A stretch of 51,948 nucleotides of DNA, from the NCBI GenBank assembly GCA_016748015.1, contig JAAOMT010000211.1:1-51948 (forward strand), written 5' to 3'. Position 1 is the first letter of the stretch. Each line of letters opens with the position of its first letter. Shown here in pieces: positions 25,700 to 39,558 of the stretch. The stretch comes from Geosiphon pyriformis uo1 (Eukaryota; Fungi; Glomeromycota). Below the pieces are notes generated by a model. The model searched no databases. It worked only from the letters and a program-made list of their open reading frames with translations, and was not told the origin of the DNA. A program made the translations under genes and the position numbers.

Positions 25700-26290
25700 A
25701 AGGATTTTTAATATATACATAAAATTTTAGAATATAAAGTTGGTATTAATAAAATAATTTTTATCAAAACAAAAAATTGTAATTGTAATAAAAATTAAAA
25801 TATTCTAATTTTAATGTATATATAATTATTGATTAAATAATACCAGATTTTATTATTATTATTATTATTATTATAAATATATAATTTTTATAAATCAAAT
25901 GTATTTTTATAATTTATTAAAACAAAAAATAATAATAATAATTAAATGTATTTTTTTAATTAATTTTATTATTTGATTAAATTTATCAAATTTGATGTAT
26001 TTATGTTATTCAAAATAAAATAATAATAAAAAATTATAAGATTAAACAAAAGTATTCTTACTTAAATAATTAATTAATTATTTCAAAATAAAATTAAAAT
26101 TAAATTAAAATTAAAATTAAAAATAAATAATATTAAAAAAATATCAAATTAAAAATTTATTACAAAAAAATTATATGTTTATATATAATTATTATAAATA
26201 TATTATAATATTATAAATTTTTTTTTAATTAATTTTTTTTAGATCTAATATTGTATTAAAAAGCCAAACTTAATTATTATTAATTTTGAA
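25700..26290. other. Extreme AT tract, probable hypermutated repeat relic (unidentified)
   Basis: Nearly G/C-free with sharp borders, like the decodable relic at 12-16.5 kb. Confidence 0.4.
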
Positions 26291-26684
26291 AAGTTTTGTC
26301 AATTAATTTTTTGCCATTTAAATTTAATTCTAATTATGTATATAATATCACCCCTTTTTGATAATGAATTGTGTTTCATATTAACTGACTGGTCTGTTAA
26401 AAAAGATAAAAGATTTTCATTCGCCAATAATTGAGCTTTTTCTTTTATTAAATGTTCATTGTTGTTCTCATTATAAAGGAAAGTATACATTATTTTCGGA
26501 GAAAAAGAATTGTTCAATCTAAGATTCCAATTGTGAAAATATAAGCTAGAATTAGGAAAGGTATAAAACAATGTTCTTGAATTTGTCTAAAAGAGATAGA
26601 TTATGAATAGGAAAGCATAAATTAATCGTTTTTCTTTATCGAATTAATTGGCTCCTTAATCAATTAATTGAGTACCGTAATCAT

Positions 26685-27854
26685 CTAACGCGTTGGAGCA
26701 ATACAAACCATTTTATGGCGTTTATAATCTGATTTCTGACATTCTACACCACAATATAACGCCTTCTTACATCTAGAACACATATTCAATTCGACCAAAG
26801 CGGCCAAGGCTTTCTCTTCATTCTCCAAAGTTTTATCAATTACATTCCCTTCTTCATCAATTTGTTTTCGTCGATAATCATAAAAAGTGGTCAAGACTTC
26901 CGTTTCAAATGAATCTCCTTGAGACTTTTCACATTGGATATTATTACATAACTGTTGTGGTACTCGTACTTGATCTTTGTGATGATCAAAACGTGGCCAA
27001 AAAAATTGTCTCACATCTTGGTCGTTTTCTTCATCTTTTCGGCCGGTCCAGAATCCTGGCAAGTATTTCATTATTGATGTATTCTCACGCTGTCGTAGCC
27101 AGACAATTATTGGTTCGTCATCAATTAATGAAAAACAAATGAAAAATCCTGGATCAGCTTCCCGGCGTAATACATGCATACGATCCCGAAATTCACGATA
27201 CAGAAATCTATATCTTTTTGATTTCTCATCATCACCACCACCAAGCTTTTTACACATTTCTTTTCGAAGAAATTTTAATTTCTTCAATTCTGCCTCGATC
27301 CCAAACATACATCCCTCCTCTTCTTCCTTCTTGCACGGGTAGAAAGAGGGTAGCATATGAACATACTTTAGTGACGCGCGACGAATAACAATTTCCATTA
27401 AAGAAAGAGGTAAATCAACAGCGATCACAGGAAAAGTAGATTCGTTTTCATATCTATTGCTCAGAATTACAATCATCGTTCCAACGTGTGTTAAGATCTT
27501 GTCAACAATATTACTACCTTCAACTACCTCAGGTATGGATTCAATGGTAATTTTTTCTGGGAGTCGAAAGCATTGATAACGGCCAGTATCCACAGTTTTC
27601 ATTTGGCAATGGCGTTGCCAAACCTCGGGATCACCTAGTTCAAAAGAGGAATCTAAAGGTGGTGGAGAAAGATCTAAAAAGTATGGTGAAGCAAGAAAAA
27701 CGCCTTCAGAGGTGGAATTTGCTGAGACTACCCATTGTTTTAGCAGGCTTAGAGAGGGGATGATCCCATTAAGCTGTCTTGTTCTGGTAGCAAACAAATG
27801 CCTTTGCTTCAACAGTGGAAGTTTTGTTGGTTCGATTATATGAAAAGAGGCCAT
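26685..27854 (-). CDS. Intronless protein with C-terminal MYND zinc finger (~389 aa)
   Basis: ATG at 27854 (MASFHII). CNNIQC ... CSRCKKALYCGVECQKSDYKRHKMVC. Confidence 0.85.
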   Translation of the reverse strand: MASFHIIEPTKLPLLKQRHLFATRTRQLNGIIPSLSLLKQWVVSANSTSEGVFLASPYFLDLSPPPLDSSFELGDPEVWQRHCQMKTVDTGRYQCFRLPEKITIESIPEVVEGSNIVDKILTHVGTMIVILSNRYENESTFPVIAVDLPLSLMEIVIRRASLKYVHMLPSFYPCKKEEEEGCMFGIEAELKKLKFLRKEMCKKLGGGDDEKSKRYRFLYREFRDRMHVLRREADPGFFICFSLIDDEPIIVWLRQRENTSIMKYLPGFWTGRKDEENDQDVRQFFWPRFDHHKDQVRVPQQLCNNIQCEKSQGDSFETEVLTTFYDYRRKQIDEEGNVIDKTLENEEKALAALVELNMCSRCKKALYCGVECQKSDYKRHKMVCIAPTR

Positions 27855-27997
27855 GTTTTGTATTAGCACAGAAAAGACCAAAGACTATTATAAACTTTAA
27901 TTTACGATAATCATGGATAATCTCAGCCATTCAAAAAATAAATTTCAATTATAAGATTTGAATAAATTGCTAGAAATTTCAATTCTAATATAATTGA

Positions 27998-28070
27998 GGG
28001 GGTCTAGCTCAGATGGTAGAGCGCTCGCTTAGCATGCGAGAGGTACTGGGATCGATGCCCAGGTCCTCCA
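27998..28070 (+). tRNA. tRNA-Ala(AGC)
   Basis: 73-nt cloverleaf; anticodon arm CTCGC-TTAGCAT-GCGAG; G3:U70 Ala identity pair; T-arm CTGGG-ATCGATG-CCCAG. Confidence 0.97.
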
Positions 28071-30529
28071 ATATATTTTCCTTCAAATGTAAGGTTAATT
28101 TTCTATTATCAGCACTTGGATTTTTTTTCTCGAGTTGTAGAGTTGTTTACAAGAGTATTTAGCAACTGGATGATCAATCAATCACGATTGTTAAATGCCC
28201 TTTCTCGTAAGAGATTTTTAAATCAAATTTAACGATATTTCAGCATTTTCAAAATACATTTAATATACAATCAGTACCACAGTTAATGATCAATTTTGTA
28301 TCACAAAAATAGGATACCTTCTCGACCAAATCAAGCTTTGAAAGCATCTCGCTGACTGGTCGATTGGCTCCTTAGTCTTTCCTTATTTTTATTAACAATT
28401 AAGTTATCGTTATCTTGTGAAGTTACATTCGCGTGAAAAAATCGTAGGGTTGAGTAATTATCAATAGGTGATTATTTACTATTTTTAAGATAATTAAAAT
28501 TTTTTTTTGGTTTTTGAGGAATGTAAATATTCCAAAAATAATAATCCACCACACTACACGTAGATGTACAAGTCGAAAAAAGTTGACTTGCATTTATACT
28601 AGTTATACTAGGAAAGTAAAACCAAAAATGGTACTAGTAGTAAATTCTCCTCTCTATTCCCAAAAATAAGATTACCCACCCACCTATAACTCTTATTGAG
28701 AATAACCATTTCAAAATTATTACAAAAATAAATCTTTTTCCCGTCAGATCAGATCATATCATTAGCCTCGAGAGAAAACGAAAGGGGTTTGTGACTAAAA
28801 TTTGGCATCAAGATTTGGTCAATGTTTACCACTGTAAAAAAGTAGACTGAAAGAAACAAAGGGTTCTCTTTCGTATGTTACAGGGTATGAGACTCAAAAC
28901 ATGAACCAAAAGTTTCGTCTCAAGTTTTCTTTCATATCTTCACCATTTATCGAGACAAAATGATAGACACAAAGTGTTTTTTCGAGATGTGTACGGAATT
29001 CGAGTCAAGAAATGAAAATCAGTGAAAAAGTTCCAAAAAGATACATAACCTAAATGTAAGGGTATGTGAAAAACCTCGATTGCTCAAATCAATGTTCGCC
29101 AAGTTTGTATAAGAGTGTCCTTATGGAATAAAATTCCTTTTTACGAAATTAAAAAATTTCACAATCTTAGGAAATGATAAAAAAAATGAATACCAATTAT
29201 TTCTAATTGGATTAGTATTAAAGTTCCTTCGTATTGCGTAAAGAAGTATAATTAAAGGCATAACAAAGTGGTATAGAAAAGTATGTACGAGGCGAACGAA
29301 CGATCTAAAAGGGAAATCGAGGTATAGAATGAGGTTTTTTGGAACGAAATATCCACTGCAAGTCTCAATAATGTACACATCAAAGAAAAGGTCATTTTGC
29401 AAATTAATTGTTTGCTGACCGATGAACGGGTAGAGATGGTTAAAATTTTGTGAAATGTGTATAATGGATGGAAAGAGTAAATAGAAAGATTTAAAGGAAG
29501 AGGGAGGGTAAAAAATTGGATTTTAACTTTGATTTAGTCACATCAGATTTTGATTGATGAGTGACTGGGAAAGAGAGAAGATTATAAATGGTGTAGGAGG
29601 TGGATGTTTGGATCGACCCCGTTGGATAAATCAGAATGTCTGATCTCCAGAGTCGAATGGGTGAGAAAAAGAAAAAGTATTTACGTAGAAAATTTATTTA
29701 CAAATAAAGGCTTAATTCAAGTTTCGTGGATGTTTTAATTTTGTATGTATATCTACTTATAGATTTACATATAATTCAAAGAGAATTATTTACGAAAGTA
29801 TTGACATATATGTTCATGTAGAAAAGACATGGATATAGAAAGAGTTGTATTTGAGTGGCGTATTTACAATAGGAAAGACTAAGGAGTCAGTTGTGGTTTA
29901 AATTTTGAGATCATAAATTGAATTGTTTGATAGCTGAAGTGCTAATTAATGAGATGAAAGAGCCCACAAAGTCATTCGAAAAAAGCACCGAATGATATCT
30001 CATTAATTAGTCAACCACAGGGGTGATACAAAAAAAAGGTCAAAAAAAAATCGGGAAGTGAATTTGATCTAGAACATCAAATTAAAGGCTCGTTTCCAAA
30101 TTTTCTGAGCGTTATTGGTAGATAGAAAAATAAGTTTGCACGTATGAATGTGATTATGAATGAAAAGGAATTCTCATCCGGAAGTGGAACATCGAACCTT
30201 TGCAAACACTATCCGTATTGTTTATCATGTGATGAATATTAATTCAAATTAGGTATTGAAGTAAAAAGAATAAAAATAAGAGAAAATTGTAGTAAATTAG
30301 GGAAATTATGGGGTTTAATAGGATGGGGTCAATCGATAATAAAGTTATCAAAAAAAAAATTGTTCTTTTGATGTTTCATGAATGAGGAATGAGTAGCTGA
30401 TTTTTCCAATATCAAGTTACAATTTCATTAATGGGCAATAATATTTGATATATATTCAACCAAATGTTGTAGAGTATCTCTCATGAGATGAAACTATTGC
30501 CGTGGCTACTCATCCCTGCACCGTAATTA

Positions 30530-31726
30530 TTATGCAAGTGACGATTTTACTACAATTTCAGTCACACGATAGGGATCAATGTTGGATGCCGGTCGACGAT
30601 CTTCGAAATAGCCTTTACCTTCCGCAGCGACATGCCTTGGAATTCGAATAGAGGCACCACGATTGGCTACTCCAGAGGAGAATTGTGATATATGACCAGT
30701 TTCATGATGACCAGTCAGTCGCTTATCATTATCTTCACCGTATACAGCGATATGTTCGGCGTGTCTTTCAGATAGTTTTTCGATCGCCTCATGAATTGCT
30801 TTAATTCCACCTTCAGCCCGCATTGCTGCCGTCGAGTAATTCGTGTGACAGCCGGCACCATTCCAATCACCAGGTATTGGTTTTGGATGAAATGATGCGA
30901 CTACACCAAAGTCTTCAGCTACTCGATGCAGTAGGTACCTTGAAATCCATAAATGATCACCCATTTCAATACCTTCACATGGACCAACTTGGTATTCCCA
31001 TTGACCTATAAATCAGGTGAAGTAGATAAAGGTAATGGATGTAATGAGTTAAGTGATAAAAGGAACTTGTTTTAACACACAAAGGTGCTGGTGAAAGGAT
31101 ATGTTAGGTAATATATCATGACTCCTCAATTACATACCAGGCATGACTTCTCCATTGACACCGGATATCTTTACTCCAGCATATAAGCATGCACGATAAT
31201 GAGCCTCGACAACATCTCGACCGAATGCTACATTAGCCCCGACAGAGCAATAATAAGGACCTTGAGGTCCTGGGTATCCTCCCTTCGGCCATCCGAGCAC
31301 TTGTCCATCGGTATCAAACAAAGTGTATTCTTGTTCAATACCAAACCACGGCTCATGATTGGCATATTGTTGCATTATTTTATTACAAGTGTAACGATAA
31401 TTTGTCCGATTAGGTGTACCGTCATTATTCCAACATTCATTTAAGACGAGAATGTTATCGCCACCACGGAACGGGTCCTTGAAGATGGCTACAGGACGAA
31501 GCAAGACATCCGAGTTATTGCCGGGGGCTTGATTGGTTGAGGAACCGTCATAATTCCATTCTTTAAGTTGGGATGTATCAGTCGGGAAAGAGTCCAAGGT
31601 AGCCGTTTTACCACGAAGGCCAGAGTCGCCATCAATCCAAATATATTCGGCTTGAATTTTTCCACCTTGGTCGAGAGCGAGGTATTTCTTGAGAGTTTCA
31701 GAGTTGGATTTATTGATGAAAGCCAT
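30530..31726 (-). CDS. GLN1: Glutamine synthetase (type II), 354 aa
   Basis: Exons 31726-31138 and 31005-30530; GT-AG intron 31137-31006. Motifs [61 protein letters not shown]. Confidence 0.98.
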
Positions 31727-34599
31727 TTTAAGTCTTTTCAAAAAAATTCGTTGAAGGGTTGAAGAGTAAAAATTAAGGTATGTACGAGTATTTTTCCTAG
31801 GAAGAAAGTTTATTCAAAAGGGAAAAGTGAACTTGAAGTTCTCGGAGTTTAGAAAGGTTTGGTGAAAGTAGTTTCGTAAAGTGAAACTTTAACACCAAAA
31901 AATGTCGTTATTACAGGTAAATCAAGAATAATCGTGGTTTTATCAGTTTAGGTAAGTCGTTAAGTGAATAAGACCAAAACCTTTGTTGAAAAAAACTGTA
32001 GGGAATTGAGCTGATTTAATTGTGTTAGTTGATTAGGAAAGTGAAGGGCGTTTAAGATTAAACTATTACGTGCGAGAGATCTCAGCAAAAGTAATGTCTA
32101 ATCTACGAAAAATTTAAACGAAATAAAAGTTACAAAAGAAGTTAAGATAAAACCGAAATAAAAGGAACCAGAAAAATTTTGTTGAATTAAAAATCGAATT
32201 AACAAACAAAAAGTTTGCAAAATTGTCTAAAGAACAAAAGAATTTGGGTGAGAAAGCAGTCTTTATATATGAGATTGTATAGGCTGATTTGATTCATTAG
32301 TAATGAGTTACGATCGATGAAGTGATACCTTTTGTTTTCATCTAGTCACAGCCGATATGATTGATTGTCGCCATATACCTTTCAATTTAACTATTAATAA
32401 AAAAGAATTTAATGTTGGCAAAACAAATTAGAGTTGAATTAAAAGAATTGTGTAATCATTTAATAGCAAAATACCGGTTTGACAGGTAAAAAAAATGAGA
32501 TTATTTGTTTTTTTAAGGAGAAATTTGTGTCAGATGTTTGGGATAATAAGCACGAAAATTGGGGGGAGAAGTTCAGTTTGTGATATAGATTGGCCAATAT
32601 GAATTTGAAAATTACTCGGATAATGCACACAATCGATGGCGCTGGTGACTTATTTGTGTTCTATAGGCAGAAAAAAGAAAGTCCGAGACAAATTGGGGTG
32701 TTAATCTTCGAGATCTATGTTTGAATTTTTAAATGATAATCTGCTGTCAAAAAATGAACTGTACTTTTTAAAGTTCGATGGCTAATCTGCGGCGCAACTG
32801 AAAATGAATTAAATTTACACCAGTATTTGTTTGGTGATCAATGATGGTGTCGGATCAATGGTATGATCATTAATTCGACGAATCAGAAATTAAAAAAATA
32901 ATATAAAGCTTGCGTCCACCGCTCCAGGGGTGAGTTGATTTTCCAATCATTAGAATCTTCGAAAAATATGAGTAGGTTAAAAATGAAAAGATCAAAAAAG
33001 CTAAAGATGAGACATAGGAATCGGGGATTCCCTGATCAAATTTTGCATGTGACTGACTTTCGAGATCGTCGAAAACTTTTTACGGCGATAAATAGTGAAG
33101 CATGGATGAACTTAAACTGGAAATAGACTGTAGATCCGAATCAATGGTTCTTCATTTTCTGGCATTGTTTTGTTGGTCACTTCATAAAGATAACGGGTTA
33201 ATACGGGGCAAACAACAGATAAAAAGATAAACATCCCCCTATTTACGGAAAAACATGACAGCCTAGAGGTATTCCGAAGGATTTAACTAATTTTTGCTAT
33301 CATCATCACCTTCTTTTTCTTAAAATAAATTAAGTCAATTGGGAACTTTCGGAGAGGTCAGGATAGAGAATGACGATCAATTCCTCCCTTCTTTTTTTTT
33401 ATTAACTGTTGCCAATCATCTATTTTTGTGAGATAATGTTGTGAAAGGTATTATAAGGAGAAAGGTGTCACACGAAGCAGAAACAATCTTTGATGTATTC
33501 AGTGATACGATCTTCCCGAGTAGACTTCTTGGCTGATTTTTGGAGGTCCATTTCTTCGGGAAAACTTCAGGTATCCCTAATATCTTTTCAAAGAAAACCA
33601 AAGAATTTCGACAAATTATGAGCCACCTGGTCTTTGGAACCCATGTTTAGGTAAGCCAATGGCAGAAAGTAGAAACTTTGCATCAAAGAACGAAAAACTA
33701 GAACCTAAACTTGATTCAAATTCTAAAAGAAAAAATTAAAGATCATAATATTTAGTTATTTATCCCTCCTAAAATTTCTTTGACAGATGCACGAGAAAAA
33801 CAGGTTTCTTGAATTCGTTTTAAAAAAGAAATTTTTCGAGTATACCTGTGAGGCGGCAATTTCTTGAATTATGTTGTTCAACTTACCCTTTTGGTCTCCT
33901 TTTTTTGTATGCTCCTGATAAACTCACTTATTAAATTCACTAATTAAGTCTGCTTCCCACTTTCTTGCACATATAATATGCATGATGGCTTGGTTATTTG
34001 TGATTGCTTCGAACGGCTTAGAATCTTAATTTAAAGTTAAGGTGAGACTAAGTCATACAACATAAAAGTTTGAGCCGCTCGTGTGAGTTTTTGTATTTCT
34101 GTATGGAGGCCTCGTGTGGATCTCATGTATGTGTCAAGTAAACTAAGTTATGTGTCTTTTATTATATGTGGTTAAACCCAATTGAAGCCTTGCCTGAGCT
34201 TAGTTTGCGAATTTTTTTAAAAATATTCTTTCCTAGTCATCTCGAAAAAGGGGGCTTGGAGTAAAGTTTGTTTAACAGGTTATAAAAGTTATAAATCAAT
34301 TTTTAATTGATAACCAAATATCTTTGGGACACGCATCTGCCCGTGTGCTCTTAAATAAGGTTTTAACTTATGCCTTTGTCATACGGAAATAATCAATAAA
34401 ATTTTTTAAGGAGTTGAAGAATATTAAAAGGGTTTCTTGAAAGAAAAGAGGTCAAAAGAAAGGTGGGATTGTGGGTATAAAATATTAAATTGTATACCAT
34501 TTAAACTCTTCTCTGTTATTTAACAGAACTTTTTTTTGCACCCGATTAAAAGATTTACCTAATAATCAATAAATAATTAATCATCTTTTTCTTAAAACG

Positions 34600-37500
34600 C
34601 TGAGATAATTTTATTTACAAAAAAAATAAGTTATAGTAAAATTTCATTAAAAAATGATTGATTCCAAATCAAAAAAGATTACACACAAAAAACTGGTTTA
34701 AAAACATGTTTTATTTAAACATTTTTACAAGATTTAATTAACGAATTTTGAAAAATCAAGAATTTATGTTGTTGTTATTATTTAAAATAAAGTTTATATA
34801 TTTAAAAATTATATATAACAATCTTTTTAAGAAATGTGAAATTTCATATTATATATTAAAACAAAAATAATACATAATTATGCTCTACTAATAATAAATT
34901 AAAACTTTAAAGTAACAAAAATTATTATTATTATTATTAAAAAAATTTTAAAAATAAAAACAAAATAATAAAAAAGCTAATTGTAAAAAAAAACATTTTT
35001 TTTGGCTTTAAGTAAAAGTTTTTTTTATTCAAACTTTTTTTAATATAATATATCAAAAACAGGTCTAATATAATTATTACTATCGTGAAAATTTTAAAGT
35101 TTTTAATTACAAATTAGTAATAAAAACTATTATTTTTTACTATTAATTTATTTTTTGTTGTTTAAATAATTAAAGAAGTCAAAGTAACAAAAAACAATTT
35201 TTTTTCAAAATAATGCAATCAAATTTACCAAAAAATATTGTTAAATATTTTTATTAATTATATTTAATAAAAATTTTATGTAAAACTTAAATTAATTTAT
35301 TAATGTAATATTTTATGTTAAAATTATAACTTTTTTTTTGTTTTTAACTTTGAATAATTAATAAAACAAATAAATTCAAACTAAGTTTATTGAAATTAAA
35401 ATTATAAAATTTGGTTTACTTAAAAAATTTTGTGTAAAAAAAGTAAATTTAATTGGTTTTTTTAATTATTAATATTAATTCTATTGTAAATATAAAAACT
35501 TGATTTATTTTTATTAAAATTTAAATTCAAATATTGCTAATTTAATTCTTAATTTGTTTAAAAACTATAACCAATATAAAAATAAGTATAAAACTTATTT
35601 TTTATATGTTTTTAATATAAAAAATTAATTAATTATATTAAATATAAAATATATGAAATAATAAAACAAGTATTTAAAATTACTTAAATAAAACAAAAAC
35701 TATAAATTTGTTTAATTTATTAAATAAATAATAATTTTAATATAAGTTTAAATAATTAATTATATAATAAATTATATTTGTTATATAATATAGTATTATA
35801 TATAAAAATATATTTTAAAGCCAAAAAATACATTAATAATAACAAAGTTTTATTTAACTATATATTATATAAAATTAATTATTAATATAAAATAAAAACT
35901 TTATAAAAATTAAGTATTATTAAATAATTTTTTAAAATAAAATAAAATAAAATAATATTATACATAAAAAATTATCATAAATAACAAATTGATTTGTTAG
36001 ATTTTTTATAATAATAAATATTTAACAATAAACTTAATTTTTTTGTTAAATTTAAATATTAATTATTATAATTTTTGTATTTTTTTTTTTTTTTAAGATT
36101 TAATGAGTAAAATCCAAATGCAACCTAGTACTATATATTATATAAATAATCTAAACTAGGAGCAAATCATGCATTTTTTTACATGTAACCAGCCATTCAG
36201 ACCAACCAAAACAACACTAAACACTTATATGAACAGAGACAGTATTCTCAATATTTGAAAAAAATAAGCAAGGTTTACAAAATCCGAAACCAATACCAAA
36301 TGCATCAGCAATACCCAATAGCCTAATTACTCCAGCTAACAATACATTAGGTAAACCAGAAACTGAAACAGAAACAGAACCATCACGTGGAATCAGCCCA
36401 TTTCTCTCCATAAAAGCCTGGTGTTTAGCACATACTAGCCAAATGTCGTTTTTAAATGCTAGACAAAATCTGTGCACAAATTTCACAATATTTGAAGCAG
36501 CAATCTTAGCATTCCCAGAAACTTTGTATTTAATATTAGTAAAAAACATTTTTTTAGTAATTTCTTATTTTTTAAAGCAATTAATAATATTTTTTGATAA
36601 AAATACTTATAATTATTAAGATTATTTAATAATATTTTATAAAAATATTATTGTTTAAATAATTAAAAAAACCAAGTTTATTAAAAACAATTTTTCAAAT
36701 TTTTATTATATCTAATAATAACTTTTTTAAATATCAAGATTTTTGATGTTTTTAATGTTAATTTTAATGTTTTAAAACCAACTTTTTTTTTGGTAAAAAA
36801 TAAAATTTTGATTTTTTTGGCTTTTGTATTAGTTTTATAACACTAATATTAATTATAATACTTAATTTTATTATGTCTATAAATGATAATTAGTTAATCG
36901 TTTTAAATTATAACAATAAAAATATATTAATTTATTTTGATTTATATTAATTTTTGATTGATTTATTTAATATATTAGTTTTTAATTAATTATTATTAGC
37001 TATAAAAACAAAAAAAGTTATATTTTTACACATAATTTTATTTAATTTTAAATATTGTTTTTAATAATACTTAAAAAAAATTATTAATTATTAAAGATTT
37101 TTTGATAATAATTTTTATTTTGATATTTAATATTTTTTTTAAATTAAATTAACTTATATTAAAATTGCTTTTTAATTTATACATAATTTTATTATATAAA
37201 GTCTGTTTTTAAGAATAATATTAAGTTATTATATATAAAATTTGCATTTTAAATCTTTTAAATATTGTTATTAAAATTGATTTGCTGATTTGCTAATTTT
37301 TTATTACTTTAAAAATTGCTTAATTTTTGGTAATATTTATTATTATATTTGTTTTTATTATTATTATTTTGCTTAATATTTTTTTAAAATTATTGTAAAT
37401 AATATAAAATGGTTAAAATTAATTTAAAGTTTATTAATTAATAATAATATGTTATTGTGTATTTTAAAAATTTAAAAATTATTAAAGCTGTTTTTACTTA

Positions 37501-37975
37501 TTAATTAGTTTTAATAATATAAACAATATTAGAATTTTTTTAATTAAAAAAAGTTAATATTTTTTATAATATATATATAATTAAGTTGGTTATTTTTGGT
37601 TATATTGTTTTTAAAATTAGCAAATTAGATTTTTAAATTTGTAATTATATTTGTTTTATTTTTTTATTTTTTTTTAAATTAAATTAATAAATAATTTAAT
37701 TATATAATTAACTTTGAAAAATTACAGTTGTAATCTTTTTAAAATTATAAAATTATAAAAAAATTTGTAATTATTAATAAAAATAATATAAATTTTATAA
37801 TTTTAGATCTTAATTAATATTTTTAAAATTTAATAATAAATATAATTAAGATTTTTATTTGTGTTTATTAATATATTTTTATTAATTTTTTTATTTTTTT
37901 ATTTTTAAAAAATTAAATTTAGTTTAAATATGTTTATTTATTTATTTTTTGGTTATTTTTGTAAAATTTTTTAAT
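34600..37975. mobile_element. Extreme AT tract, probable hypermutated transposon relic(s), interrupted by a LINE fragment
   Basis: Near-total G/C loss with abrupt borders; I could not decode its identity. Confidence 0.5.
36080..36522 (-). mobile_element. 5'-truncated LINE insertion with poly(A) tail and 9-bp TSD
   Basis: T15 at 36080-36094 (poly-A on minus). ORF C-terminus ...DIWLVCAKHQAFMERNGLIP...VSVHISV*. TTTGTATTT at 36074-36082 and 36523-36531. Confidence 0.85.
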
Positions 37976-38568
37976 AATATTTTTATTTTATTTTATTTTA
38001 TTTTATGAATAAAATCCAATTGCTATTTAATACAAAAAATTAAACTAAGTGATTTAAATTAAATTTAATTTATGCTTTTATTATATGTAACCAATTATTC
38101 AGACTAGACAAAACAATACTAAATACTTATACTAATAAATATATTATTATTCAAATTAGAAAAAAAAGACATAGTTTATATTTATTAAAACTAATTATAA
38201 TAGATTCTATAATATCAAGCAATTAAACTATTCTATTAAATAATATAAATACCATATTATAAAACAAACTTAATATCAAACTGTTATTTCTAACCAATTT
38301 AGTCTTTTTTATATCTATATTATATTTAGATCTTATAAGCTATACTTTAATATAATATAATTTTATCAATTATTTTACATACTTAACAATAATAAAAGCA
38401 GTTTTTTTTCTCTTATTAAAAACTATAATAGTCTCTACATAGTAGTTTCTCAATACAATTTTTTTACAAATTATTATATATAGGCTTATATTTAAAGAAT
38501 ACTTAGAAAACATTCACAAAACAGCAGAAAAAAATAAGCTATAAATATCTACCAAAAAAATCTACTGT
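37975..38568 (-). mobile_element. Older, hypermutated 3' end of a related LINE
   Basis: 38084 ATATGTAACCAATTATTCAGACTAGACAAAACAATACTAAATACTTAT versus 36181 ACATGTAACCAGCCATTCAGACCAACCAAAACAACACTAAACACTTAT; (TTTTA)n tail at ~37980-38005. Confidence 0.8.
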
Positions 38569-39540
38569 TGTTATTAGTAGAATTTTAGCTATTAATTAAC
38601 ATGAAATTACCATTATAATTCTTATAATTAATTAGTATATTAATATCATTTCAAATTATCATTTATTATTTAATCAATTATTACATATCATGATTCAATC
38701 AAAATAATCTAATTAGTATAACAGAAAGTAGGATAATCAAATTACATAATACTCTGAACTTTGTAACATTTAAAAATTTGCCGAAATTTATAGAAATTTA
38801 CCAAAATTATGAATAATTCATCCAAATTAATCAATAGTTTAGTGAAATAACTTGTAGTTCATTAAAATGTATCTTTAGTTCACCGAAATTTGAGCAAAGA
38901 GAAAAAATGCAAGTTCATAGACTAGTACTATAACAAGTTGTATAAAAAAAAAGTTTTTCTCTTCAAGAAAATGTATCTTCCTTTAGATTTATCACTTAAA
39001 ACCATTCCTATACACAAAAAAAGAAATAAATATCAAATAAATTGAAAAAACCAAATTCTTTAATCATTGCACTTGGGAAATCCTCAAAACCCAATTAACA
39101 TTTTAAAATTGATTAGCTACCAATTTCAGTAAACTATTAGTGATTCCAGGCTTTAATAAAAGACATTTCCCTTGATAAAATCCTATTTCTTTTACATTTC
39201 TTTTATTTTTCTTTTCTTTTTTTATTACAATCATTAAGATAGCCTACAAACAAGATTCCTGTAGAAGAGTTGACTTTCACAACAAAGTAACTACACATTT
39301 TTAGTAAGCTTCTAGATGAGCAATTCCAGGGAAAAAATTGATGTTTACTATAATGTAACTACATAAAATAACTGGCAAGAAATTGGCCATTTCACTTATA
39401 AGCCCAGCAGTTTAAATTATAGGAGATAATTTGAAGATAAATTCAGTTATTGGAGGTTCAACTACTTTTAGAAAATGTGAATTTGCAACCAACAGACATT
39501 TACAACATTCAAGAAAAGAGACCAAAAACCTCTGGTAACA
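38569..39540 (+). repeat. 5' LTR of plus-strand gypsy element 2 (~970 bp)
   Basis: Begins TGTTATTAG (from TGTTACCAG), ends TCTGGTAACA; reverse-complement homolog of 39559-40541. Confidence 0.9.
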
Positions 39541-39542
39541 TT

Positions 39543-39553
39543 TGGTGCTCTTC
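39543..39553 (+). promoter_or_regulatory. Candidate primer-binding site of element 2 (TGGTGCTCTTC)
   Basis: TGG lies 2 nt after the LTR end and would pair with a tRNA 3' end ...GAGCACCA. The tRNA was not identified. Confidence 0.7.
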
Positions 39554-39558
39554 TATAG

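Noticed and set aside
30823-31762. Plus-strand ORFs over GS
   Set aside because: Antisense shadows.
31750-34500. GATA sites or ncRNA upstream of GS
   Set aside because: GATAA is frequent by chance in AT-rich DNA and no RNA family was recognisable.
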